Assembly (NCBI GenBank): GCA_002633005.1
Contig: NMRA01000064.1
Span: 439,977 to 503,976 of the forward strand
Source of the DNA: Phoronis australis
Lineage: Eukaryota > Animalia > Phoronida
Direction of reading: 5' to 3'
DNA: 64,000 bases
A model generated the notes under the pieces. The model had not been told where the DNA came from. It searched no databases and saw only the letters and a list, made by a program, of their open reading frames with translations. A program made the position numbers and the translations under genes. Positions 36,893-49,327 of this stretch are shown here, in pieces (position 1 is the stretch's first letter; each line of letters starts with the position of its first letter).

Positions 36893-38005
36893 CTGTAATT
36901 AGAGCAAAATGAATAAAATACTTTTAATCAAATGCTTAAAACACATCCAATCATTTTTTAGTGATTAACTCAATAGCTTGATTTATACCAAAATAAAAAT
37001 ACAGGAAAAATAAGAAAGATATAATTTGTCAGAACACAAGACACAGATTTCTATTCTTTAGTGGTACTGCAAGATAAATTATGATTACATAACGAAATCC
37101 AAGCACGTCACACGATGAATTAATGAAGCTTTTTGGAAGGATCGTGTTTGGCGACCTGGGAAAATTCCAAGCTGCCACATTGAGTATCAAAGCCAGGCAT
37201 TAATTCCCTCGAAATTCGTTTCAAAGTTTGTGGTGACTTCCAAACAGTTTTCCTAGGTTTATATTTTTGTTCATGATTGTTCTGTTTATTTTGTGAAATC
37301 AGTGCATTTGCCACCCCTAGCAGTCACCAAACACGATTTTGACATAAGTCGTAGTGACCTCAGTTTTTGTTTGGCTATCTGGAGATTTTGCCAGATCACT
37401 AAAAGTAACTTAAAGGTTATTTAATGACATCCCCATAATACAAACCGTGATAGACGTAACTTTCTTAACCTTTATTTTTGTTGTGAAATTAAAAAAAATA
37501 ATAATTTCACTTCTTGGCCATATAGTGTGCCAAATAAGTGAAGAAATGCCATACATTATAAACGCATAAGCATAGAAACCATGAAGAGGAAAATTTCTCT
37601 GAAGTATTATGAAATGTTATACGTCATAATATAAAATTTCTAGATGATTTTAAAAGTTTGCATGCGTCAGATCTCTTAAATTTGTTTAGACCTCTGACCA
37701 GGCTTCAACATAATTTTGATCTTTGAAGAGTTGTGGCGCAAATGAAACCTCATTCAGTATAACAAGATCAAATGTGAAACACACTTTGAGAAAAAAAATC
37801 ATGTGCAGATAACACAAACATAGAGAAACCACTTCTATGCCAAAGTTAACCTAATAGTCAGAGAAAAATGCGACCTAAATGTATTATTATCTTGGGAAAC
37901 AGTGATGGTGTTATCTCAGGAGAAACCGTTCAAGTGCGCCCTCCAATAGCTAATGGTGTTGAGCGTAGGAGGACACTCAACACCAGTCAGCCTGGCCTGG
38001 TCTGG

Positions 38006-38015
38006 CCTTTTATGG
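38006..38015. promoter_or_regulatory. CArG box (SRF site) in intron 1 of PDZ-LIM gene A
   Basis: CCTTTTATGG matches CC(A/T)6GG exactly; function not shown. Confidence 0.3.
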
Positions 38016-39274
38016 AAAGCCCAGCAAAGCCAGGCAAAGCATAACAAGTATATGTACTGATCACTTGGGGGAGGGACTGAGAGCACACTCAACTATAAGG
38101 TCAGCTCAGGCAACTGCAGTGGAAACCCAGGAATGAGGCTCTATAAATCAGCCTCTCCATAAACCAGCCTCCAAAATAGATGAAGTATGAAGAAACGAAT
38201 AAACAAAAACCCATGCAAAAACTTGATAGCCCAGCACTAAAACTCCCATTAGCTTCTCTTCAGCCATTTTTTTCATTTACACGTACATGACTTGTATAGC
38301 TGGTCACAACTGCCCGAGTCACATTTGATTTCATTTCTGGGGCTGGGAACTGGGAAGTAATCATGGTAACTATTGCTTTACTTGAGTCCAAGTTCAGCTA
38401 ATAAAATGACCTGACTGGTCAAGCTAAATTAGTTTAATGACTGTCAGCTTTCCAAAAGCCCAGAAATCAAGAGCTTCTAATTCAAGTAAAGAACCAATTC
38501 ATTTGTTAAGTGGTCTAAATCAAAAGATATTTGTTGGCAGATGGTGGGTTCAGAGCACTAGGCAGTCATAATGGAAACATTACACTATTGAAGGCCTCTT
38601 CATTTAATTTGGTACATTTTACTAGAAAAGGTATTTTGAAACTTATGAAAATAAAATTAATCAAAATTTAAGTTCCTGATACCGGAGGTGTGCTGCAGTG
38701 AGCAGGTTCCAAAAATGTCCACCGATCCTGGGCAGTAAATTATTTTTTCCCTAAGTTTCCAGATTTTCAGTCCTAGACCAATTACATTACATTTTGCTTT
38801 AATTTGACGTGACAACAAAAACAGGTAATGACGTGATTGTCATGTGTACACTTCAGATATGTTAACATTCAAGAGAAATCTAAAATATTGAGAGACAAAT
38901 ACATTGTACATGTAAAAAGAATAATTTTCTAAAAATCCTTCATATTGTCATGGGAAGACTTTAATAGTCAATACCTTATGCTTGCAAGAAGAACAGCAAA
39001 ATTTATGACCTTATTGACCTCTATATATGTAAATTGATGTGTGAACTGATGAACACAGGCAAACAGTTTAGAGACTTAGTGGAGAAGAATAGATCAAATA
39101 AATAATTATCTCTGAGACTCAGGGAGGTGGATGCAAACCAAAGGCTGCAAACTACACTATTTATACTTAGGAATTATTAGAAATCTATGAATATAACAAA
39201 ATATGTTATGGAAACAGTTATTTAAAGTAAGCAGTTGTACTGATGTAGAATAGAAAAGCATCAAACTAATTTCA

Positions 39275-40487
39275 AACACAGCCCTCATATAAATGCTTAA
39301 AAATCATTCACAGATATGCGTCATTTCACTTTATAAATTTGTCATTATATATTCTACTAGACAGGTTACTGACCCATTAAATTGTTGTTTTGGACAATGA
39401 ATATATTATCATGCTCCTCCCTTGTTAGTCACAACACATGTTATGTGAAATGAATAGCTACAACAGTCTGCCCCATCACAATTACCAGGCACAGGGTCCC
39501 ACCACTCATCAGAACCACCAGACACACCGTCCCACCACACCATACGGTCTCGCACCACTATCAGAACCACCAGACACATGGTCTCACCCCATCATCAGGA
39601 CCACAAGACATATGATCTCACCCCACCATCAGAACCACCGGACACATGGTCTTACCCCATCATCAGAACCTGACAGGACATCTGATCATAACATCAGAAC
39701 CACCAAACACAAGCAGCCATTAACTGGCATAATATTCACAGGGCCATCTTGGAAAGCATTTCACTAAAGGGAGTCAGTCTTATTTTAAATAACATTACGA
39801 TAAACAAAAACAATGAACAAATGCACCAAACCTTGTCCCACATCAGTCAATAAAACAGGGCTGGTGTCTGCATTAAGAATNAACACAGCCCTGATATAAA
39901 TGCTTAAAAATCATTCACAGATATGCGTCATTTCACTTTATAAATTTGTCATTATATATTCTACTAGACAGGTTACTGACCCATTAAATTGTTGTTTTGG
40001 ATAATGAATATATTATCATGCTCCTCCCTTGTTAGTCACAACACATATTATGTGAAATGAATAGTTACAACAGTCTGCCCCATCACAATTACCAGGCACA
40101 GGGTCCCACCACTCATTAGAACCACCAGACACACCGTCCCACCACACCATACGGTCTCGCACCACTATCAGAACCACCAGACACATGGTCTCACCCCATC
40201 ATCAGGACCACAAGACATATGATCTCACCCCACCATCAGAACCACCAGACACATGGTCTTACCCCATCATCAGAACCTGACAGGACATCTGATCATAACA
40301 TCAGAACCACCAAACACAAGCAGCCATTAACTGGCATAATATTCACAGGGCCATCTTGGAAAGCATTTCACTAAAGGGAGTCAGTCTTATTTTAAATAAC
40401 ATTACGATAAACAAAAACAATGAACAAATGCACCAAACCTTGTCCCACATCAGTCAATAAAACAGGGCTGGTGTCTGCATTAAGAAT
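39275..40487. repeat. Tandem duplication of about 606 bp joined by a single N at 39881, containing degenerate 31-bp catcagaaccaccagacacatggtctcaccc units
   Basis: 39275-39880 and 39882-40487 differ by a handful of substitutions. Confidence 0.9.
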
Positions 40488-43400
40488 AAAGAACCATGAC
40501 CATTGGTCGCACACAGAGCTCAAATCACCAGAGGTCTGTCTCATTTAGTTTGCTCTGATGCTTCACACAACTATTCCATAAAACTGGTTAAATCTCACTT
40601 AAGCAAAAGCAAAAAGTCTCAGTTAGTTACCGAGAAAATTTCGATAAATTATTTCTAGATTGTAATGCGTTCTTAATTATTTGGCTAAACCTTTTTCAGC
40701 TACAGGGAAGAGGGAGCGTAAGACGAGATAGTCCAGATCGCTATCTTAAGCACCCCAAGAAATCGTAATCTGGTACGGTATTCAGAGACCTGACCTTGGA
40801 ACCATTTCCATGCCCAAATACCAGTCCAGGCTTGGTAACAACAATTAAGTGGCCAGGAGAGCAGTAAAGACAACAAAACAACATTATGAGCTTAGTGCAT
40901 TGATCAGAGACATGTGGCATGCAGGTTGAGACTATTGATAACACAGGTCATGGCGAGAATCTTACTCGGCCAGATGGTCATGCCAGTCAGCCATCAGTTT
41001 ACACTACAGACCAATAGGCCAACTGACTACAACTTATGGGATCTAAACACACAAACTGAATCTGATCAACTGAAGCCAAATTAATGCTCTTTAGATATCA
41101 ATGTTTCAATGTGTTAAAAAGATTACTTGTCAGGAAAGAATATTTAAGTTACCTTCAGAAAAAATGTACCTAAAAATATTTGAAAAACACAGTTCTTCCT
41201 GAACCACATAAACACACCATAGATATTACAAACTATGTGGCTAAAAACAGTTTCAGTGAACTTTAGCAATTCTTTGAATACCCAGTAATGAACACAGTTC
41301 TGGCAGAAACCGATAACACTGTCTATATATATAACCGGCTCACAAACTGGCTAAAATGCCAGCGTTTTCACCAGCACTTTTGCTGGTTCTAAGGAAAAAC
41401 ACTAATAATGCATAATTACTAGTACAAGTGTCACTTTTCCTGGTACTTTGCAGTCAGTTGGAATTACCTCAAAACTGTTGGCAAATTGGCAAGCACTTTT
41501 GTAAGCATAAAGGTGTTTAGACATCAATTTTTTGCTTAAAGTAGAACTTGCACGCTAATTCCTTATCTCTGTGACTGCTTGGTCAAATTAGTTAAGAAAT
41601 ACAACGTATAGCGACCACATGAATATGTTTTTAAGAATAAGTTTTGTGGCAAAAATGATCCACTGCAAACCACTCAACCTTGTCCACTAAGTGTTGTGAC
41701 AGGGTGTTAGGGAATAACACCGCATTATGTGGGTAATATGAGACTCCAAGGTACGTCATTAGTGCAAGGGTCACCTACGTATTTGCAGATTGTTTTTGTT
41801 TTCACATGAACATGTTGTCAATGAATACAACTGCACTTTGTTTAGCGTAGATTGTATTAAAATAGCATTGTTGTTCAGTTCCTGCTATACATAAGAATAG
41901 CTAGGAGCATGCGAATACATCTTTAAAAGGAACTGGGGTGGACTGCTAGTGAAAATGACCCCTTTGCGGACAGCACATTTGTCTGAGTAAAATACTGGCG
42001 TTTTAGGCACTGAAACTACTAGCGTTTTTGCCAAACACGTGAAGTTCCTAGACAAAAGCAAATTTTCACTGCAGCCTCATGTTAACAATATGTCGAGTCC
42101 GATATTCACTCACTCTTGCCTTATAAATTTCCTGACTGCAGACACTCAATACAGTGACAGAAAAGGTGGAGTTTTATCATTACAGAAAAACTGGTCTAGC
42201 AAGACCAGTGACAAAAGAAGAAGTGGACAATAGCCTAGTTGAGAGGAATAAAGAAGAAATCCCATGAAAACACTATCAAATTCCTTTTGGACCTTCATGA
42301 AATATTTTGAGAAGAAACACGCTCCCAGATCCCAGTGGTCTGGATCTAAGGCCTCAGTGGATGTGTGAACTTAGCTGGATTATTAGACTTCAGAGGGTCC
42401 TGATGACCAGTTCACAAGATTCAGAATCATAGTTGCAGCATGTACAATAGTATAGTCAATGTTTTGCAACGTAATGGTAAAACAGTAGAAATACAGCAAA
42501 ATGTAATATAGTGGAGTGTGAGAAGAATTTCAAAAGGGGGTTTACATATAGGGTATTTAGTTAAATAGAGGTCTATTGCAGACATGGGGATTCGTCAGAA
42601 TCTCTCAAACCATAGTCATTAGGGACTGCCAGTAAACAATCAACGCTGTACAAAACTGAACAAATAACAAAGCGACCTACTAGTAAATGCGAAATGAATC
42701 ACAACTTCTGGTAATTACTATCAAATAAATTTCGCTTGGACCTCCAACTCAGGGGATTGATGACTGACTGGTTCCTGTGAAAATTTTGTCAGCCTCGTCT
42801 AGTTATTCACATGAATGGATTATAACGTCCATCATCTATGAAGCAATCCAACAAACCCGAAACAGCAAATGTAAGGACCAGAGAAAGTATTGATGTTGTT
42901 TTGGGTAGGTTGTTTAATCACTTGAAAGGTGATATTGTACCAGGTAGCCATTTTCCATATTGGTCTGACAACTGAATCTTGTGGTGACACTCCCCCCACC
43001 CACCACGGAAAAGAACTCCCAGGGGAGTCAATAATTCTACTTCTCCTGAATTAATAAAACATACTTGAACTACAGGTAAGCCAAGCGCTAAATAGACTCC
43101 CAATGGAAAACATAAATAATTGACCTTCAATATGAGGTCAAAAAAAGATTTTAACTAGTACCTATAGACAACCCTGCACCACTGCAAAACATGCAATAGC
43201 CAGTTTGTTCTACTGTAATAATATAATGGATCGACATCAGAAAGCTAATAGGTAATGGACACGTACTATACAGTTGTGGAGTAAAATAATTTTCTTGCAG
43301 AGGGTTACAGTAGTTGGCAGGCATTGTTACTGGCTGGGTTCTAATAACCTGTCGAGGGGTGACTAGTACTAGGTTGGGTGTTAATGTACTTCCTGGGTTG

Positions 43401-46400
43401 AAGCAACACGGGTAAGTATAAGGCGACTATAAACCTGCATTCTGGCCAAAGAGACAAACTTTTAAATCATACCATATACAACCATAAAATTGGCTTCAAC
43501 TTGTTCCTTACTTGGACGACAAGTGATTTTTGAAATTACAAAGAATTGACAGTATACTATAGCTGCGGGAGTCAGCGGGACCACATGCTCAGAGCATAAA
43601 ATGACCCACAGAGACACGCCAATTTGCGGAGTGACTGTCCACTCTTTCGAAGACCTGAAATCACCTCAAATTTGACTTCAATGAATGGTATGTGGTCAAA
43701 AGTTGGTTTATTGTGATGGAAGACTGGGTAATGGAGGCTTTAATAAAATAAAGAAGTATACAACATCCACAGGGTTATGTATTCTAAACAGAGGTAGATT
43801 ATTAATTTTGTATTGTTACATAATGCTGGGTGTTCTGAGCCCAGGTGTCAAGTCTGTAGTTTGTTGAACTTATACTTGCGAGCCATCAATCACAACACAG
43901 GAAATCTGTCAGACAGTTCTATCAAGGTTAACCAAAAGACAGACCAGCTTCCAATGAACCTAGAGGCCATGTAGCCTTTTAGTTTTCAATAGTTTGAGCA
44001 AGATGATTTATCCAGAGCCCGTTATCACTTTATAACCTATAAATAACATGTTGATAACACCTTAGAACAGGTTTATACTTGGGCTATCACCAATAGCTTC
44101 AATAAAGCACGTTGGAACCAGTACAATACTGACAGCTGAGTTTACCATAGTACAATATCCATACTGACAGCTGAGTTTACCGTAACCTAAAATAGACTGA
44201 GTACTAGTACATCATAACCTGAAGTAGCTATGTACTGTAAAGCATTAACATATCTTTGCATCCACACAGACTACTGAAAAACTTACAAATGTAATGTTAA
44301 TGAATACCACCTATATCTCTGGCAGTGAACCTCGAAGTGCAAACTTCACTGTTACCGAGACGAGGATCCAACCTGAAAAATTCACTCATTCAGCAGCCAC
44401 TTTTAGTGAAGGAATGGCCCATTCATGCTATAGTAAAATTGCACCAAGATCCGTTACCACAACCTAAAGAATGTCACGTCTCATACTAGCTGCACATGAC
44501 TGACGACAACTAGCACTTTTTCAGTGGCGATAACACCGAAACTTTTGGCCATGCAGACTCCTTGACCACATTGGTAGTTTTTGCAAGAGTATCTTTCCTC
44601 ACCACCCGATATTGCTTTGAATAAAACCAAAGTGCATTTACTCATTCCAATCATAAACACCTCTATCCCTGGCGCATGTGTGCTGTTTCAAGCAAGCGGT
44701 CTGGCAACAAATGTGCTAGAGCAAAAACGCTAAGGAATTGTGAGTTTTGAGGCAACTCAAATTGCCATCAAAGCACCAGCAAGCTCATTCACATATTGGG
44801 GTCTTGGTTACTAGCGAAAGTGCTATCAAACCTGTAGTGTTTCAGCCAGTTACAGAACAGGTTAGGGTATCAGACTTTTTCAAATTTTACAGTTCATCCC
44901 TTCTAATCCCACAACAACTGGTAACAGTTCAAGGAAGGATATACCATAGTATCCAACAAGCCCAGTGGCCCAAGATAACTCATTACTCAACAACAGGAAA
45001 CAGACATCACTCTTATGTGGCACAGTAGGAGTGAAGCAATTAGTCAAAACCAGATCTAGTTTGGAGCCTGAGGACATGAGATAAGGGTGACTTCTGATGA
45101 TGACATCATGCATGTCTCCTTCTTGAACTAAGCAAGATAACAATCAACAAAAATTGATATTTGTTTAACTTTCACATTGCAGACTTAGTATTAAACCAAG
45201 AATGAACAAAACTTTTCATCACCTGATTCAATTAATAACATCATGGTCAGTGGTTACACATCTGGTTACAACAATACCAGCAACACTTAAACCAGGTTCC
45301 GACTTAATACATAAACCGTAGGGATGTTATTGTCATAGTTCAGATTTCTTTAGCTTTGCCAATGTTGAAAAATCACTGTGAGCTAATTAGCATTTGGATC
45401 CATAATGGCAGCATCAACTGCACATTGGTTTATTTATAAGTAAAATTACCTTCAGTCATACTGCGTGACATTTAGTAAAAAGGCAACATCAACACAAAAA
45501 ATGTTAACATGAGCTCTAGAAATTAGTGGTGTAACATGAACATATGTGAGGTTTAACAAACCAGACAGAACACTGACTGTTTTCCACAAGTTGTTGTTCG
45601 AGTTGGGTTGCTAGCCAGAAACACAAGTATATTTTAATACCAAGGGACACTTTGCCATCTTATTCCCAGATAACCGAAGGTAATTGAAATCAAACGTTAT
45701 AATTTCATTGGTTTCTGCAAAACATAAAATTCTGATAGTGGAGTCTGTCACAATATAGTAAGAAAAATTTAGTTAAAACAATGAGTCATCTCCTCAAAAG
45801 CTAGGAATACCAAATGGTGTTGACGACTCCTTCCATTCATTTTTCTCACAAAAACACACGCTCTAAAACAGGCTTTCCACAGAATACGGTAACATCTCAT
45901 GAATTTTGGATAAAAGTAATTGCCCAAATAACCCACTTTCCTGTTTTTGAAGGTTTTCTGACATTGTTGTGATTGTCCGCGATTTTTCAAATATTTTCTG
46001 GTGGTAGCTATGACAGGGAACTTGAACACAGTAAATCATCAATTTGATCCTGCACACCTTTTAGGGGTAAATAAGAAAAAAATATTGCTTGTCCACCATA
46101 TCCACCATACTATGCCCTAAATTGGTGAGATTTTTCGGCATTCAAATTTTAACTCTTGTACTTATAACTACAATGCATTCTATAATGAAGAATCAATAAG
46201 TGATCTCATAACTACTCTTTGATCGCACATGGTGCGCAGCTTCTCTGTCAAACCCCAAATGACGGTCAGATCATTCTCATAGCTAATAAAATAATATCTA
46301 ATAATAATAATAATAGCAACGGAGACCATATCACAAGAATCGATCAGTTCTAATTAGCATTTAATCCCAAGCTAACAAATTAAAATGCTGTTGCAGCATG

Positions 46401-46960
46401 CTGGTATCATACACCATTCAATAGTGTAGCACATATTGGCCGAAAGATATCCCAGTCAAAAGATATCCCCTACTGATGAAAGCAGGAAAAAATCCATACT
46501 GAAACAATGCAAAATGTAGGCCATCTAGACATTTTGACAACCTTGTCAGAATACAGCATATAGTTTCCCATGTTTCAGACAGTGTAAATGCTTGAACTGG
46601 GAATTAGAATTAAGGCCTAAATGTTGCAAGGTTCGTCGAGTCCTACACCTCAGCGTGTTCCGCTTTCACACGATCACTTGGCTTGTAAACATTGACACCG
46701 AGCCCGAGTCTGGTTACAAAAATGTCGCTCGGGCGACAGAGTTCCCAATGGGGTTCGAACTACTTTAAGTTGGAATTGAAGTTTAGCATTGAAAAATGTT
46801 AAGAATCAAGATTCCAGAAGTGAGTTGACACTTGCATGTAGAGAAAATGAGCGTCGAAGAAATGGAGTCTCAAGAGGACGAGAGCGTACGCCGGATGAAA
46901 AACAACCAATATAGACCCTACACGTTCAAGTTGATTTACAAGTCAGAAAAGTAAACTTAC

Positions 46961-47071
46961 CCTTGCGATTGTGAGAGGCGAGCTAAAATCTTTTCCACCT
47001 TGTAATCGAAAGCCCCATGGTGTACTGTTGTCCACTCGGTCTAGTATAGCACTAATCAGAAGGTCCGACAT
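46961..47071 (-). CDS. PDZ-LIM gene A (Zasp/ALP/Enigma family, LDB3/PDLIM5/7-like) exon 1: MSDLLISAILDRVDNSTPWGFRLQGGKDFSSPLTIAR
   Basis: PWGFRLQGGKDF is the ALP/Enigma PDZ signature; AGG|GTAAGT donor; 111 nt, phase 0. Confidence 0.92.
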
Positions 47072-47137
47072 GATGAAATTCGGTGGAATTGGGGGTTTAA
47101 ACCGACCCACCCTTCTACACCCTTTCCTTATAGTATT

Positions 47138-47568
47138 GCTATGCTTGAACTTGGAATTTTGCTTGATCTCAAGATCGCGTATGCGTGGACTTGGAATAGC
47201 CGAGAACACCTGAGTTAAATCATCCGCTCTTTGGTTAACTTAAATAATCACGTTCACGTCGATAGAAATTTGCACTGCACGTGTAATTAAAAAAAAGTGT
47301 AAATTAACCAACCTTATTGGTTTTTTCAACTATTGGTGACCTTATTCACCAACACAATGATGGGTTAACCACTCACTCATATTCAACCTGCGTTTCTGTG
47401 ACACAAGTTCCCGTCACGAAGAAAATGGGTGATAGTGCGGCCAATAATTACAAAGAATTCGTCACACTGACCAAAAGAATTCACAGGTGATTGCTTTAAT
47501 GGATATTTAATTCCAAGTTCACGCATAAGCGATCTCGTGATTCGGCAAATTTCAAGATCACGCACTGC
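47138..47568. mobile_element. MITE family A, copy 2, about 67 bp upstream of the PDZ-LIM gene A start codon
   Basis: Imperfect TIRs (gctatgcttgaacttggaat... / ...atttcaagatcacgcactgc) and internal similarity to 9119-9532. Confidence 0.8.
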
Positions 47569-47951
47569 AGTTGTACGACCGTCTGAACTAGACCAACACA
47601 GCTGGTAGGCCTACAGACGGTGACGACCATACCTTAAGGCTGCCATACGCCAGAAACTTTTCGGCAAATCATGCCGCATACCGACTACATCATCTCAGTC
47701 ATATGTAGCTAAAAGTACCCTTTGAGCATCTGAGGAAGCCATTTCTGATTTGATTGCCTCGCTGCGCACTGCAGTGGTGACCCAACCAGGAATCGCTAGT
47801 GCTTAAAACTTGGCCGCCAGGATCGCATCTATCGCACCATAAAGTTCGAGTTGGAAAGTTTTAAAAAAATTCAGCTGCCTTCAAATGTGTCCATCGTCAC
47901 TTAAATTTACCTGTAATAATTTAACTTATATTTAGTCAGGACATAAAGGGT

Positions 47952-48020
47952 CTCGCTGGTTCCCTACGTGTCTAGCCAGCACGCTGGCTACCACCTAACG
48001 GCACGCAGGGAACCAGCGAG
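47952..48020. repeat. Compact nested hairpin
   Basis: 14-bp perfect arms ctcgctggttccct/agggaaccagcgag enclosing a second stem tagccagc-ac-gctggcta. Confidence 0.7.
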
Positions 48021-48754
48021 CATTATGGATGTTCCGTCGCCAACACCCTTTCCTCACCCGAAATTCGAAATTCAGACAGATGTAGGTCAACAACTAGAGT
48101 CACCTAGTGGCCATGACCGTGGCGCCGTGTCTGTCGCCGTTACTGAAAATGGGCGCACGTTTGACAACTGGCATTATATTTTGAGAGAGCTATTGGGCGA
48201 CTGTTGGTAACTAACCGTATATTAGCACAGTATGAAGGATGTCACAGTTTACCCCGTGGATAGGTAGACGCAGGTTATTACTGACCGGTGTTAACAGCTT
48301 TCTGTGCGGCGATAGAATGATGAAGACTGGTTCCAAGTTAACCACGTTATTATTCTCTACCGTATGTTTACAAGTCTACTCAAAGAAAACGTCAGACGAA
48401 ATGTTTGATCCCTTGTCCACAGCCAGTGCTGCAAAGCATTGGCTAATAAACCACTTCCAGCAACTGTTTGGTTAAAAAACCTGCCGTCTCTACATATCTG
48501 ACTCTCTGTTGACAAACGATGTAACAGCTGATTATATAACTTTAATACAACTCAGCTTCAACTAACTCACACCGATGCATTGGCATTTGCGTCTTACAAA
48601 AGTCTTGAACTTTTCACCAGTGAATAAACACTTTGGAGATTTCTATGGCTCCAGCCATGTCATGTTCCACAGTACGGTTTTATTTTCTATATATGACGGA
48701 ACATTCTTCTCTGTGAAAGTAAAACAAAGAAACAAATATCTCTCAGCCTGTTGC

Positions 48755-49327
48755 ATGCACATATGTATCAATGGCTTGGCTCCAGCATATCTCAGCCGAA
48801 AATTCAGTAGCAGTCAATCTGTATAGTTTTACACGTTCTTCTGTTGCTGGAAATATTTCTTTTAAAAAAATTAAAACCGAGACCGGCAAGAGATCTTTTA
48901 TCTATGCTGCTGCTACAATATGGAATTCTCTTAGTCCAGAAATTAAACGGTCCAATTCAATAAATACTTTTAAACTTAATATAAAAAATGGCTGTAATTT
49001 ACCTAACCTTTTTATACCCTACCTGTCTTAATCATGTCATTTTTTTCTCATTGTCATAAATATTCTCACTGTTTGGAGTCATATCTTTATTTATTTCATC
49101 TCTCTTAGTTAAATTTTCAACATTCTTCGTCATTTATTTATTATCTCAATTCTCAAACTGTTTTAATTGTATCTTTGTCACGAATATTTAATTATTGTTT
49201 CATTACTTCATTGCATTATATTACTGTTTTAGTTGTTGAGGGCCCTCTTTGAAAGCAGTGCTATCACTGAAGAGGTCACCCTCACTTTATATATCACAAT
49301 AAATAAATAAAAAATAAATAAATAAAA
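48755..49327 (+). mobile_element. 5'-truncated L2/Crack-clade-like LINE 3' end
   Basis: Frameshifted ORF2 C-terminus (INGLAPAYLS...KTETGKRSFIYAAATIWNSLSPEIKRSNSINTFK), T-rich 3'UTR, stem gagggccctc...gaggtcaccctc and an (AATA)n tail. Confidence 0.82.

Noticed and set aside
39275-40487. 606-bp tandem duplication as a biological event
   Set aside because: The copies meet exactly at a single N and differ at allele-like levels, which is typical of an unmerged contig overlap.
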